Assembly: GCA_963812855.1 (NCBI GenBank)
Contig: CAWEWW010000011.1
Span: 196,028-220,027, forward strand
DNA: 24,000 nucleotides
DNA from: an uncultured Acidobacteriaceae bacterium
GTDB taxonomy: Bacteria; Acidobacteriota; Terriglobia; Terriglobales; Acidobacteriaceae
Direction: 5' to 3'
Below the pieces are notes generated by a model that did no database searches, was not told where the DNA came from, and was given only the letters and a program-made list of their open reading frames with translations. Position numbers and translations under genes: made by a program. This document shows positions 23,465 to 24,000 of the stretch, one piece after another (positions within the stretch are counted from its first letter, which is position 1; every line of letters starts with the position of its first letter).

Positions 23465-23846
23465 CCTCCTGCATTCCCCGGTGGAAGGTTCCCCGGCTGG
23501 CTTGCAGCAGTTCCATGCCCGATTCCACGTTGAGCGCGGTCCTGACCCCGGGCAACGACATGCCCAACTCCACCAGCGTGATGGCCACCGCGGGCTGCAT
23601 GCCGACCACCACGGTCTCGGCGTCCAACACACGAGCCATGGCGGCAATGTTGGCCAGCATGCGCCCGATGAAGGAATCGACAATCTCCAGCGAGGAGATG
23701 TCGATCAGTACTCCGATCGCTCCCGTGCGGGAAATCTGCTCGGTCAGGTCGTCCTGCAGGGTCATGGCCAGCCGATCATGCATGTCGACCTGGATGGTCA
23801 CCAGCAGATAGCTGCCCATGCGCAAAATCGGAATGCGCTCCATCAT
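23442..23846 (-). CDS. rsbS: RsbS-like single-domain STAS protein (stressosome scaffold/antagonist)
   Basis: The sequence reads MMERIPILRMGSYLLVTIQVDMHDRLAMTLQDDLTEQISRTGAIGVLIDISSLEIVDSFIGRML..VVVGMQPAVAITLVELGM. It closely parallels Bacillus RsbS (IPILKL..LLVSIQ..GVVIDLTSVDMIDSFIA..LTGIQPAVAVTLIELGI). This includes the phosphorylatable Ser of the DSF motif, here Ser58. Confidence 0.9.
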   Translation of the reverse strand: MMERIPILRMGSYLLVTIQVDMHDRLAMTLQDDLTEQISRTGAIGVLIDISSLEIVDSFIGRMLANIAAMARVLDAETVVVGMQPAVAITLVELGMSLPGVRTALNVESGMELLQASRGTFHRGMQEDDGSAGV

Positions 23847-24000
23847 GCCTCCTTGGCAGCCGCAGAACGAGGCGTGGCCTCGGAAATCTTGACCACCGTG
23901 CGACCACTCTTGCTCAGCGCCAGCGCGAAGGCATCAGACAGTTTCGCTTTGGTGATGACGTCCACCAGATTGATGCCCAGGTGAACGATGGTCTGCGCGA
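23843..24000 (-). CDS. rsbR: RsbR-like STAS protein, C-terminal 51 codons only (5' part beyond the window)
   Basis: My translation of the minus strand from 23998 to 23843 gives AQTIVHLGINLVDVITKAKLSDAFALALSKSGRTVVKISEATPRSAAAKEA*. This resembles the RsbR C-terminal STAS end (..EIAQTIVxLGIxLxxVxT..). Its TGA overlaps the rsbS ATG (ATGA at 23843-23846). Confidence 0.65.
   Translation of the reverse strand, partial: AQTIVHLGINLVDVITKAKLSDAFALALSKSGRTVVKISEATPRSAAAKEA

Noticed and set aside
23465-23683. 73-codon N-terminal extension of the rsbT-like ORF (MSIPSSGACWPTLPPWLVCW...)
   Set aside because: It lies wholly inside the rsbS-like gene in another phase and has a W/P/C-rich nonsense composition. 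RsbT homology starts near MMAPPASEAIPI.
1-24000. CRISPR arrays, tRNA/rRNA genes, transposases, integrases, phage or defence-system genes
   Set aside because: There are no regularly spaced direct repeats, no cloverleaf-like or rRNA-like segments, and no ORF with recombinase, transposase or nuclease-type motifs recognisable by eye. The window looks like core chromosome rather than an accessory island.

Overview
High-GC (roughly 60% by spot counts) chromosomal segment densely packed with envelope, respiration and signalling genes. The gene content and the TCATCCCGA...GGGATCTGC intergenic palindromes suggest a soil Acidobacteria-type genome, but that is inference only; no search was run. I can support 22 protein-coding loci and several non-coding repeats and sites. 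I found no rRNA, tRNA, CRISPR array, transposase or integrase. Left to right: a K+-channel-like gene (-), an ECF sigma factor plus a co-transcribed 4-TM partner (+), a HEAT-like repeat protein and a Wzx/MOP flippase (-), malQ (+), a structured repeat-rich intergenic region, a metallo-beta-lactamase/rhodanese fusion (+), a small 8-Cys protein (+), an ICMT/PEMT-family methyltransferase (-), cydAB (-) with a perfect TGTGA-N6-TCACA site upstream, a secreted hypothetical protein (+), a GAF-GGDEF cyclase (-), an orphan thiS (+), and two large GT-C-like membrane proteins (-). The right-hand 5.6 kb is the most interesting part. It is a tightly overlapping six-gene minus-strand operon: RsbR-like STAS (truncated by the window edge), RsbS-like STAS, RsbT-like kinase, a GHKL-PP2C phosphatase, a GHKL-HisKA-HATPase-REC-REC hybrid kinase, and a REC-PAS histidine kinase. 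This is a stressosome-type sensing module wired to a phosphorelay, with no sigma-factor partner-switch genes visible in the window. Such RsbRST-plus-two-component arrangements have been noted by comparative genomics, but as far as I know this architecture is not functionally characterised. Second theme: four loci (K+ channel, MBL-rhodanese, ICMT, possibly the secreted protein) are interrupted by single-nucleotide frame changes, most of which can be placed at short homopolymer runs. That pattern points to sequencing or assembly indels or recent pseudogenisation and needs read-level checking. All domain calls come from motif recognition by eye in the supplied translations and my own translations. 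No HMM or BLAST search was run.
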